Shown in pieces: positions 9,395-18,179 of a DNA stretch of 64,000 nucleotides. The notes under the pieces were generated by a model. The model was not told the origin of the DNA and made no database searches. It saw nothing but the letters and a program-made list of their open reading frames with translations. Location of the stretch: positions 33,799 to 97,798 of IMG/VR virus record IMGVR_UViG_3300025407_000799. The stretch is one strand, 5' to 3'. The DNA is from a virus. The position numbers and the translations under genes were made by a program. Each line of letters opens with the position of its first letter. The first letter of the stretch is position 1.

Positions 9395-10060
9395 TTATTT
9401 AGGCTGTGATTCTACCCAAGTGCTGAATGCTGCTAACTGATCTGCATCGTAGCCGTATAACTCTGGATATAAACTAAGCCATACTGACGAAAGCTCAGGT
9501 ACAAGAGCTTTAAATCTGATAGTTGCTCTACCCGTTTTTTCAAGTTTAAATGTTGTAGGAGCACCATTTGTTGTTTTAGTCTTATAAGCATCAGTTGCAG
9601 CACCATTGATACTCATAGGAAAATCTAATTTTTGTAAATTTTTAATTTCAATTTGTGTAATATCGTTCCAAACTTTTCCGTCTTGATCGACAACACTTGG
9701 TACTAATGTTACAGTATTATCAACACCTACTATAGCATTTTTCTTATTATCTAAGTAAGTGTTAGGGCCAAACTCTACCATCATTTTTCTAACTTTTAGT
9801 GTATTATCTGGCATCCAAAAAGATAAATGACTAGGATTTAAAATACTTTCAGCTATTGCATCGTGCATTTCTTTAGTCATAGTTCCAATATAGTGATTTT
9901 CAATACTTCTATCATTATGAACAATATCTGCAAATGGTGCTAGTGCTCCGTACAATCCTATGATTAGTCGTGTTACTGTTGAAAAACTTACTGAATAAGT
10001 TTTATCTGCTGTCCATCCTGTTGATACTGTTGTTAATCCTGCATCAGGTGCCGTTGTCAT
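9395..10060 (-). CDS. hypothetical protein in the fibre cluster
   Basis: 221 aa; ATGA overlap with the U32 gene. Confidence 0.75.
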   Translation of the reverse strand: MTTAPDAGLTTVSTGWTADKTYSVSFSTVTRLIIGLYGALAPFADIVHNDRSIENHYIGTMTKEMHDAIAESILNPSHLSFWMPDNTLKVRKMMVEFGPNTYLDNKKNAIVGVDNTVTLVPSVVDQDGKVWNDITQIEIKNLQKLDFPMSINGAATDAYKTKTTNGAPTTFKLEKTGRATIRFKALVPELSSVWLSLYPELYGYDADQLAAFSTWVESQPK

Positions 10061-11055
10061 ACTATGTTCCTTGTTAATTTATTGTATACGTTATCGCAAT
10101 GATTACACTCTGTTCCGCATACTGTTTTACAATTATTAGTTAGTTGATTAAAACCCTGCTCTGTAATTTCATTTATCAATATATTTGCAAGACCAAAATT
10201 ACCAGTAGTACTTAATAAATCTCCAAACTGAATATTTCCACTACCTTTTTGATATGCATCGATAACTTTATACCAACGCATTATTGGAAATCCTCTACCT
10301 GCAATTTTAATAGTATCTACCATGTCTCCAAATTTGTCTAAATCATTGGGAAATGTAAAAGCTGTTTTTAACCATTCGGATGGTTTATCATTAAAATATT
10401 TTACACATCCAAGTGTATTATGTACCTTAGTAGTTATGTCACGTTTATCTTGAAATTTAACTTGGCTAATAATAAGGTCGTCCCATTGTTTCCATTTGCA
10501 ATCTACAATACAACCTTCGTTAACTAACATAGTAATTTTAATATTATGCTGTTTAGCATAGTCACTCATTTTTTTAAGTGTATCTAAATCTCGATTCAAA
10601 CTACGGTCAACTATTATACTAGTAACTTGTAAAACTTCATGCATAAAAATAAAATCTTTAAGTGTACGCACTAGATTGTTTACACTATTTTTTAAAATTA
10701 AATCTGGCTTGTGTTGGCGAAAATCATTAATGATACCAGCTCTTAGCAAATATGTATTATTAAGAGTTACAATGTCAGCATCGATATCTTTTACATGAGC
10801 AATTAAATCTGGAACTTGTTCGTAAAACTCATTACTATAAACGCTTGGGTTCACTAAGTAGTGTAGTTTAATTCCGTATTTTTCTCTGATAGCATATAGC
10901 TCGGTGAACATTTCTTTATTACCAAATATAGTTCTTGCACTACCAAATTTATTGTCGCTGAAATATACATCAGTAATTGATGTTATATCCAGGTCAGGAA
11001 GTGCATCGAGCATACCTGGAGTGTAAGGAACGCTAAATTTACGGATTATAGACAT
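10057..11055 (-). CDS. peptidase U32-family protein (putative Fe-S dependent hydroxylase)
   Basis: LVNEGCIVDC...GC cysteine cluster, KIAGR (cf. U32 KIEGR), DRSLNRD, C-terminal CKTVC..C..C; likely start ATG at 11055 (MSIIRK). Confidence 0.75.
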   Translation of the reverse strand: MSIIRKFSVPYTPGMLDALPDLDITSITDVYFSDNKFGSARTIFGNKEMFTELYAIREKYGIKLHYLVNPSVYSNEFYEQVPDLIAHVKDIDADIVTLNNTYLLRAGIINDFRQHKPDLILKNSVNNLVRTLKDFIFMHEVLQVTSIIVDRSLNRDLDTLKKMSDYAKQHNIKITMLVNEGCIVDCKWKQWDDLIISQVKFQDKRDITTKVHNTLGCVKYFNDKPSEWLKTAFTFPNDLDKFGDMVDTIKIAGRGFPIMRWYKVIDAYQKGSGNIQFGDLLSTTGNFGLANILINEITEQGFNQLTNNCKTVCGTECNHCDNVYNKLTRNIV

Positions 11056-14000
11056 TGTTTGTTCTGCTTCCAATTCCAATCCAGCCAGCTGTAATACTAG
11101 TTCCGTGATACCAGTGATCTCCAGATATAGTTAGATAAATGGTAAAAAATCCATAATAATAACTATTTCTATCGTAAGAAGAAGGAGTTACTGATACACT
11201 CCATTGTGCTGGAGATAATCCGTAATAGCTAATACGTGCATCATATATATTTGATAAGCTAGCCATGACATTTAAATCATAATTGCCTTTCCAGCGAAGA
11301 TTATTTGAATCATTACTTAAACCAAGATAGCTACCAAGGTCTACAGTAAATGTAACCGTACCAGTAGTACCGTATTCGCTCAATGTTGCATTAGTTATAG
11401 TAGTACCCCACCCTGATCCAAATCCGCTAGTTGTACTTGAACTTGAACTAGAATATGCTGTATACAAATCTATAGATCCAACAATAGTTTGTACTATATT
11501 TTGTAATTGTGCCTGCGGGCTAGCAATTTGACGAGGTATCGAAGGAGTATTTGATAAATCATTATAATCTCCAGTAGCAGCAACTCTAGCAAGAGTATTA
11601 CCAAAATTTACATCAGTAAGAATCTTTGCCCATGGACTCCAAGTAGTACCTGTATCTCTGCGACTACGTATAAAGTTGTCTGAATGAGCACCAGTTGAAC
11701 CACTCCAGCCAACTAATAGTTCTCCGCCACCACCACCGCCTAAGGTAATTAAATTACCGTATGTAGTCGGATAGCCTGGATTATTATAAACTCCACGTAG
11801 TGTTAATTCGTTACGAGGTTCGTAGGTTGAATTATCTTCTGGCCCAATGACTCCCGAAGTATTGAGAACATTGGCTGAACCAGCATTACCAGATACGTTA
11901 CCTGTAACATTACCTGTAACATCACCAATTACAGCTCCGCGATGTGTTCCGTAACTATCACCTTGTAATGTGCCACTAAATGTTGTAGCTGTTAATGTAC
12001 CATTTTGTACATTAAATGACAATCCTGTATTGTAAATTGATTCATTTTGTCCTGGAAATGCAGTGCCAACTTCACTTGCACCTAATAGATAGTAAGTGCC
12101 AACGCCGGCTGTTTGATTTAAAAACAAGTGTGCTGCATTTACAGAATTAGAAGCTGTATCTGCATTGCCAAATAAATTACCAGTTACATTGCCTGTAACA
12201 TTGCCAGTATGCAAACCAGTAGTATTACCTGTTACGTTACCTGTAACATTTCCAGTTAAATTGCCTGTAACATTACCAACTACGTTTCCTTGGAAATGAT
12301 CTGTAGCTGTATGCACAGCGCCTGTAACATTACCAGCAACATTGCCAGTTACATTACCAGTTACATTTCCTGTTACATTACCTACAATATTTGCAGAAGT
12401 ATAACCTATTTGATTCGTAGAAGAATTAAAAACTTGTGTATTGTTAGAACCGTACAGACTACCAGTTACATTTCCTGTAACATTGCCAGTATGCAAACCA
12501 GTAGTATTACCAGTTACATTACCAGCAACATTGCCAGTTACATTACCAGTTACATTACCAACTACATTTCCTTGGAAATGATCAGTAGCTGTATGTACAG
12601 CACCAGTTACATTACCAGCAACATTGCCAGTTACATTACCAGTTACATTACCAACTACATTTCCTTGGAAATGATCAGTAGCAATATGAACGCTACCTGT
12701 AATATTACCAGCAACATTGCCAGTTACACTACCAGTTAACGGTCCAGTAAATGATCCAAAAATTGGAGCTCCATTAAATCCAAAAGTTCCTGCATTATAA
12801 TTAAACCACAATATGTTGTTTGATGAATAAAGATCTCCATTTAAAGATCCAAAAGTTGGACCGTAATGAATTCCAGTAGTTTCTCCGCTAATATTAATGT
12901 TCCAAGTGACTGTATTATTATCGTTAAAAACAAAGTTTGTAGGTTTATCTGGGATATTTGCCCAGTGTACTAACAAAGCTAAATCAGCTGTTACAGCTGA
13001 GGTAGCTGAGTTAGCATGATCTGCATTAGTAGCCGTAGTCGCATTACCGTAAAAGTTAGGAGCGGTTACGGCATTAGCTGAAATATTCGCACTTGAAATA
13101 TTGTTAACATTAATGTTTCCAGATCCATCTCTAACAACAATAGTATTGATTGTTGGTAATCCTGGAGCTCCAACACTTGCTTGTCTATAATATCCACTTA
13201 CATTTAATAAATTTGATTGAGCTGCTGTACCGGTAAATGTGTTTGCATATACTGTTCCAAATTGTAATGAATTGCTTCCTAAATTTGAACTACTCAATCC
13301 TGTTGGTAAAATATTTCCGCCAATAATTTGTATAGCCCCGGCATTATTTTGTAAGGTTAGTGTATTACTATCGGGAGCATAAACTGTAGGACCATATTGA
13401 CTATTTGATAAAGTCAAAACTGGTAATGTTGTACCAATAACAATACCTTCATCTGGGAATTTAGTCAGTGTAGGAAATACTGTATCTACTAAAGGTGCAT
13501 AAAAACTTGGAAGATTATTTCCAAGTTTATTAGCATTTGTAATAGTACCGTGATATTCATAAGAATTGTTTATTGTTACACCTGAATAGATTATAGGAAA
13601 TCCAGGTATTGCAGGACTAGGAGTAAAATCAGCATCTGCGTTTACAATGAATAAAGTTGTACCGTTAACTACAGCTCGTTGTACAGCATGAGCATGGCTT
13701 GGTATAGCATTATCTGTTATTGCAACACTTTGCATTTGTGTTGCCGCGAATCCAGTAACACTTTGTGGGCCAACCATTGTATAGTTAGATCCATTATAAA
13801 CATTTAACTGATTGTTAGTGGTATCATACCACATATCACCCAGTGTTGCACTTACTGGTTGTGTACTACTAACATTGTTAATTGCTATGGTTTTCCATAA
13901 CTTGTTTGTTTCGTCAAAATAAACATTTAATTTTAAATTTGTAGGAGTAGAGTCAAACCACACTTGCCCTAAAATAGGTCTTGGAGGAGGATTTTGATAA

Positions 14001-14158
14001 GCAAAATGTTCAAGTAACCATACTAAGTCATCATTCAATGCCTGACCGTAGCCAGAATGATTCTTACCAACTAGAGTAATATCTAGTGAGTTATCGACTG
14101 TCCCGTCAACAACCGTAGCAAGCGGTTGTTTATTATATCGGGTTATTGAATATGCCAT
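11039..14158 (-). CDS. long tail fibre protein with (GNVT)n shaft and C-terminal knob/receptor-binding region
   Basis: Shared fibre N-terminus, long GNVT/GNVA tetrapeptide run, knob-like IRSRRD..TWSPW.KI, and a VA.TGDYNDLSN.P repeat. Confidence 0.8.
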   Translation of the reverse strand: MAYSITRYNKQPLATVVDGTVDNSLDITLVGKNHSGYGQALNDDLVWLLEHFAYQNPPPRPILGQVWFDSTPTNLKLNVYFDETNKLWKTIAINNVSSTQPVSATLGDMWYDTTNNQLNVYNGSNYTMVGPQSVTGFAATQMQSVAITDNAIPSHAHAVQRAVVNGTTLFIVNADADFTPSPAIPGFPIIYSGVTINNSYEYHGTITNANKLGNNLPSFYAPLVDTVFPTLTKFPDEGIVIGTTLPVLTLSNSQYGPTVYAPDSNTLTLQNNAGAIQIIGGNILPTGLSSSNLGSNSLQFGTVYANTFTGTAAQSNLLNVSGYYRQASVGAPGLPTINTIVVRDGSGNINVNNISSANISANAVTAPNFYGNATTATNADHANSATSAVTADLALLVHWANIPDKPTNFVFNDNNTVTWNINISGETTGIHYGPTFGSLNGDLYSSNNILWFNYNAGTFGFNGAPIFGSFTGPLTGSVTGNVAGNITGSVHIATDHFQGNVVGNVTGNVTGNVAGNVTGAVHTATDHFQGNVVGNVTGNVTGNVAGNVTGNTTGLHTGNVTGNVTGSLYGSNNTQVFNSSTNQIGYTSANIVGNVTGNVTGNVTGNVAGNVTGAVHTATDHFQGNVVGNVTGNLTGNVTGNVTGNTTGLHTGNVTGNVTGNLFGNADTASNSVNAAHLFLNQTAGVGTYYLLGASEVGTAFPGQNESIYNTGLSFNVQNGTLTATTFSGTLQGDSYGTHRGAVIGDVTGNVTGNVSGNAGSANVLNTSGVIGPEDNSTYEPRNELTLRGVYNNPGYPTTYGNLITLGGGGGGELLVGWSGSTGAHSDNFIRSRRDTGTTWSPWAKILTDVNFGNTLARVAATGDYNDLSNTPSIPRQIASPQAQLQNIVQTIVGSIDLYTAYSSSSSSTTSGFGSGWGTTITNATLSEYGTTGTVTFTVDLGSYLGLSNDSNNLRWKGNYDLNVMASLSNIYDARISYYGLSPAQWSVSVTPSSYDRNSYYYGFFTIYLTISGDHWYHGTSITAGWIGIGSRTNNVYNP
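11880..12740 (-). repeat. 12-nt tandem repeat array encoding (G-N-V-T/A)n with higher-order duplications
   Basis: Repeated gttacattacca/gtaacattgcca units; H(I/T)ATDHFQGNVVGNVTG x3; NTTGLHTGNVTGNVTG x2. Confidence 0.9.
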
Positions 14159-14194
14159 CTTTATCGCTCCGTATATCTTTTATTTGTTTTCATC

Positions 14195-15346
14195 TTACCA
14201 ACTAGTACTACTTAATGGTGATCTCTTCCATAAATTTTCAGCAATACAAACATAAATCCAATTTGAATCCCATACTATTTGTCCTGGATGGCCTGTACTA
14301 GTCGATGTTGGAGGAACCGTAGTGTCACTAAGTCCGCCGTATGTAACTGTATTTCTTATTCTAAATGTACCATTAACGTCTAAAGTTGCTGTTGGTAAGT
14401 TTGTATAAATTCCAGTAAACTGTTGTTGAGCGTCGATAAAAAATGCAGACTGATTAGAAGAACTTGTGTTTCTTAAATTTATATCAAAATTTTGATTGTC
14501 TGTTGTTGATTTAATTTGGAATGTTACTGGTCCTGAATACTCAGGTTGAACGCTAATTTCTATATTGCCGCTTGGGCCTAGTACTAGTTGCTTGTTAGCT
14601 TTAATATACAAACCGCCTAAGCCACTAGAATCAGTATCAATAATACTATTTCCTGTTGTTTGTACAAAAGAAGAGGATGTATAATTATTAACTCCGTCAG
14701 TTAAAGACTCTGCCGTATTTGCAGGAACATCAAACATAATACCTGGATACGAACTTACATTAAATCCTGGAACTAGACTGGTTGGATATGTATTTTCTAA
14801 ACCTTGATTAGATTGTGGGACAAATGAATCTTTAGAAAATACACCAAGTAATTGAGAATTAACTCGTAGTTCTACTACTACATGATTCAAACTATTAACA
14901 TCTAAAACATCTAAAACATTAAAACCAGAAGCTTTTTGATTAGCTGTATAAATGGGTCCTGCAAGTATTGGTCCTGAATTCGAACCATCGCTAAAGAATA
15001 ATTGCTGATTTGTACTATCAACCCAAAAGTCACCTGCTGACAAACTACTAGGAGGTGTTGTGCTTACTGTTGTACCTCCAGCAACATTAAACGATTGTGA
15101 ATCGCTGTCATATACTTTTAATTTTTTTGTAGATGTGTCAAACCATAACTGACCCATTAATGGATTATTAGGTTGTGTAGTATTTGCAAAATTTTCTAAT
15201 AGATGAACAAAATTATCATTTAAAGATAAACCGTATGCAGTGGCATTTTTACCTATTAAGGTTAAATCTGTTGTTAGCTGATCAACGGTTCCATCTAGAA
15301 CCGATGTTAATTGTGTTCCATCAGTTTTAATTATTGGGTATGCCAT
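14195..15346 (-). CDS. tail fibre-related structural protein
   Basis: Shared fibre N-terminus; C-terminal P.TSTSTG.PGQI.WD..WIYVC.A.N.WKR motif. Confidence 0.75.
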   Translation of the reverse strand: MAYPIIKTDGTQLTSVLDGTVDQLTTDLTLIGKNATAYGLSLNDNFVHLLENFANTTQPNNPLMGQLWFDTSTKKLKVYDSDSQSFNVAGGTTVSTTPPSSLSAGDFWVDSTNQQLFFSDGSNSGPILAGPIYTANQKASGFNVLDVLDVNSLNHVVVELRVNSQLLGVFSKDSFVPQSNQGLENTYPTSLVPGFNVSSYPGIMFDVPANTAESLTDGVNNYTSSSFVQTTGNSIIDTDSSGLGGLYIKANKQLVLGPSGNIEISVQPEYSGPVTFQIKSTTDNQNFDINLRNTSSSNQSAFFIDAQQQFTGIYTNLPTATLDVNGTFRIRNTVTYGGLSDTTVPPTSTSTGHPGQIVWDSNWIYVCIAENLWKRSPLSSTSW

Positions 15347-17508
15347 TATATGTTAGCTCCGGTATAGATGATGTAGTTAATAGCAAGATATGGATTCATC
15401 ACATTCACTGCTTGTCCTGTAACTGTTGCTCCAGTAGAAGAATCAACAACCGGTCCAGCAGATGGTAAACCTCGTGTTAGGCCGGTTGTACTGGCCAAAC
15501 CATGTCCAATTACTGTTGGATTGCCATCCGGTGTACTTGTAGTATCACCAACTGCATAGTATTGAATACCTTTAGGACTATTTAAGTTATGAGTATGCTG
15601 TGGAAGCTGACTTGTCGATAGTGCAACACTTGAACGTCCTGGGCCAGTTAAACTGTCTGATCCTGCTCCAAGGTTATCTGCGGTAGTTTCACTAACTCTG
15701 TTTGCCGCACTGCCTACTGTATAGACGCTAGATGATCCACCGCTTGCTGGAACTTTGATATTATTATTCATATTATCAAGTCCAAGTGGGAAACGTCCTC
15801 TTAAATCAGGTAACTTAAATGTACCAGCACCTAATAATCCTGCACTAGATCCGTTACTGTAGGTATATCCAATTAATTTATACAAATCTGTATAGATACT
15901 TTGCAATACTTCACTACCATCACATAATAAGAAACCGGCCGGAACAGCTGAAGCAGGGCCTGCAAATGGTAATATACAACCAATTGGAACCAATGGAACA
16001 TGTTTAAAAAATGTTTGTTTGGTCATTTGAGCAAGTGACTGTGTTCCTTGCTTATATACTAATAATGTGTCTGGAAAAGATGAATTAAGAGTACTAGAAT
16101 CACTTGATACTTGTTGATTTGTAATAAAATTTGTACTGATTACAGTATTAAAAGTAGCTGTACCGTCTAGACTTGCTCCATTAAATGAAACAGAATTACT
16201 TGTAACATCGCCTGTTAATTTAAAAATAGTAGGATTAGCTAGTTGTGTCGCACTACCGTCAACGGCACCAGTTACATATCCTGCAAATGTTCCACTAAAA
16301 TTTCCTACAAAATTTTGAGCGTAGATATTTCTAAATTTTAATGTACTACTACCAATATCATATACTTGTGTGGCCGTTGGAAGTAGTGCTGATCCAGAAG
16401 TTGGAGTACCATTTGAATTCCAATTAATATATAATTGACCGCCAATATAAGTATCGTCGTTTAAATTACTTACACCTGTTACTGTCGACGATCCTGTAAT
16501 TGTTTGATTGCCACCAATGTCAATATTTCCACTAACTTTTACATTACCTATTACATCTAACGCGGCAGATGCAGAAGGACTTGGATTGTTTATACCCACT
16601 TGTCCGTTAGCATTTACTTGAATAACTGTATTTGTAGTATTTGTAGAATCAGTTAAAACAAAAGATATGTTATTATTAGGGTTACTAGAAACTAACTGTG
16701 TCGATACACCAGTTGTTTTGATTTGAAAACTCAAATCACTACCAAGTTTTATACCATCGTTAACTTGAATATTTAAAGGACTGTTACTGGTACTAGCAAC
16801 ATCTCCTCTTAAAAAATTTGTTGAAGCAATTACTTTATTATTAACAAGCAATCCGTTTGCCGATTGTGCTGTTCCCCATAGACCTGCACTAGCACCTAAT
16901 GCAGGATCTGTACCGTCGCTGAATAAATTTACACCTTTCTTTATAGATGCAAAACCATTTAAACTTGTTTTAGGAATAAAACTATCTTGGCTTACTATTG
17001 CAACTCTACTACCAGATGCATAAAATGTAACAACAAAATGAGGTTGATTACCAGTGTCAATAATTTCTTCTGCAACCGGACCTGTTGAAGATCCTGAACT
17101 AAATTGCGGACCTACCAAAATCCAACTTGATCCAGAATATACATATAACTGACTAGTAGCGGTGTTAACCCAAATATCTCCGCTAACTGGACTTAAAATA
17201 TCTGAACTACTACTGGCTTTTTTAATTGCACCTGCTGGATTCCATGTCCCGCCATCATATACTTTTAAAAGACTATTGGCATTATCATACCATAGTTGTC
17301 CTTGTACAGGATTTGAAGGAGGTGTTGGATTGGCAAAATTTTCTAATATATGTAAAAAATCTGTTGCAATTAGTTGACCATAACCGCTATTATAGTTTTT
17401 ACCTACAAATGTTATACTGGTACTGGTAGAATCAATTTTTTGATCTTCTACAGTAATAGGAGGCTTATTTGGATTGTTTAACTCAGTATATTGAATTTTA
17501 TAAGACAT
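15346..17508 (-). CDS. tail fibre protein with phage tail-collar domain (gp12-like)
   Basis: Shared N-terminus; tail collar motif PIG.ILPFAG...P.GFLLCDG...FKLPDLRGRFPLG; LPQHTH; NPYLAINYIIY. Confidence 0.85.
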   Translation of the reverse strand: MSYKIQYTELNNPNKPPITVEDQKIDSTSTSITFVGKNYNSGYGQLIATDFLHILENFANPTPPSNPVQGQLWYDNANSLLKVYDGGTWNPAGAIKKASSSSDILSPVSGDIWVNTATSQLYVYSGSSWILVGPQFSSGSSTGPVAEEIIDTGNQPHFVVTFYASGSRVAIVSQDSFIPKTSLNGFASIKKGVNLFSDGTDPALGASAGLWGTAQSANGLLVNNKVIASTNFLRGDVASTSNSPLNIQVNDGIKLGSDLSFQIKTTGVSTQLVSSNPNNNISFVLTDSTNTTNTVIQVNANGQVGINNPSPSASAALDVIGNVKVSGNIDIGGNQTITGSSTVTGVSNLNDDTYIGGQLYINWNSNGTPTSGSALLPTATQVYDIGSSTLKFRNIYAQNFVGNFSGTFAGYVTGAVDGSATQLANPTIFKLTGDVTSNSVSFNGASLDGTATFNTVISTNFITNQQVSSDSSTLNSSFPDTLLVYKQGTQSLAQMTKQTFFKHVPLVPIGCILPFAGPASAVPAGFLLCDGSEVLQSIYTDLYKLIGYTYSNGSSAGLLGAGTFKLPDLRGRFPLGLDNMNNNIKVPASGGSSSVYTVGSAANRVSETTADNLGAGSDSLTGPGRSSVALSTSQLPQHTHNLNSPKGIQYYAVGDTTSTPDGNPTVIGHGLASTTGLTRGLPSAGPVVDSSTGATVTGQAVNVMNPYLAINYIIYTGANI

Positions 17509-17511
17509 CGA

Positions 17512-18120
17512 TTATACTCCTACTAGGCCAGTTAGACTTTGAATACGTACTGTATAATCAATTTGAATCAAACGATTTAAACTTTTTAGTACCGGATGGA
17601 ATACAACGTGAGTTAATAACAAACTTTGTCCAGTACTACTATAACTTTGTAAACCTAATTCATCGAATACATAAGTGTTAACACCGTCGCTGTTTGTATC
17701 ATAAGCAGCTTGACCGCTAGGCTCTCCGTAATCTAATAAACAAGTACAAAAAATATCAGTATAATTTTGACCAGTTACGTGGCGTACTTCAGTAAAATTA
17801 CGTGTTGGATCCACATTGGTACTTGAACTAGGATCAATTACCTTGCTATAAGTTTGATTATAAAGACTAGCATTAGTTCCACTGCTATTTGGAGTTAGAT
17901 ATGTAATAATTCCTGTAGGGTCAATACTAGTTCCGCCGTTACCAAATGCAATATTATATACAAAGCCGTTTCCGCTGTTAGTCATAGCTTCAACAATAGC
18001 TATACTCATATTTTCATAATGAATAGCATTACGTTTGTTGATGTAAATTTCGTTAGAAATTGGGTCATAAATTTTAATATGACCTTCTATATGAATCCCT
18101 GTTGCGTCTTTAGTCTGCAT
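17512..18120 (-). CDS. virion structural protein (baseplate/fibre attachment candidate)
   Basis: 202 aa, beta-rich (FDELGL...THV.F.PV.KS.NR.IQIDYTVRI); first gene after a late promoter. Confidence 0.6.
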   Translation of the reverse strand: MQTKDATGIHIEGHIKIYDPISNEIYINKRNAIHYENMSIAIVEAMTNSGNGFVYNIAFGNGGTSIDPTGIITYLTPNSSGTNASLYNQTYSKVIDPSSSTNVDPTRNFTEVRHVTGQNYTDIFCTCLLDYGEPSGQAAYDTNSDGVNTYVFDELGLQSYSSTGQSLLLTHVVFHPVLKSLNRLIQIDYTVRIQSLTGLVGV

Positions 18121-18140
18121 ATCTATCTCTCTTTATCTTA

Positions 18141-18171
18141 TATTTATCAACGGATATAATCTGGTAGTTTA
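18141..18171 (-). promoter_or_regulatory. late promoter ATAAATA with upstream TAAACTAC element
   Basis: Minus strand TAAACTAC (18171-18164), 16 nt, ATAAATA (18147-18141). Confidence 0.6.
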
Positions 18172-18179
18172 ATCCCGTT

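Noticed and set aside
12290-12739. 149-aa plus-strand ORF with ITSYITSN repeats
   Set aside because: Antisense shadow of the GNVT repeat; no SD or promoter
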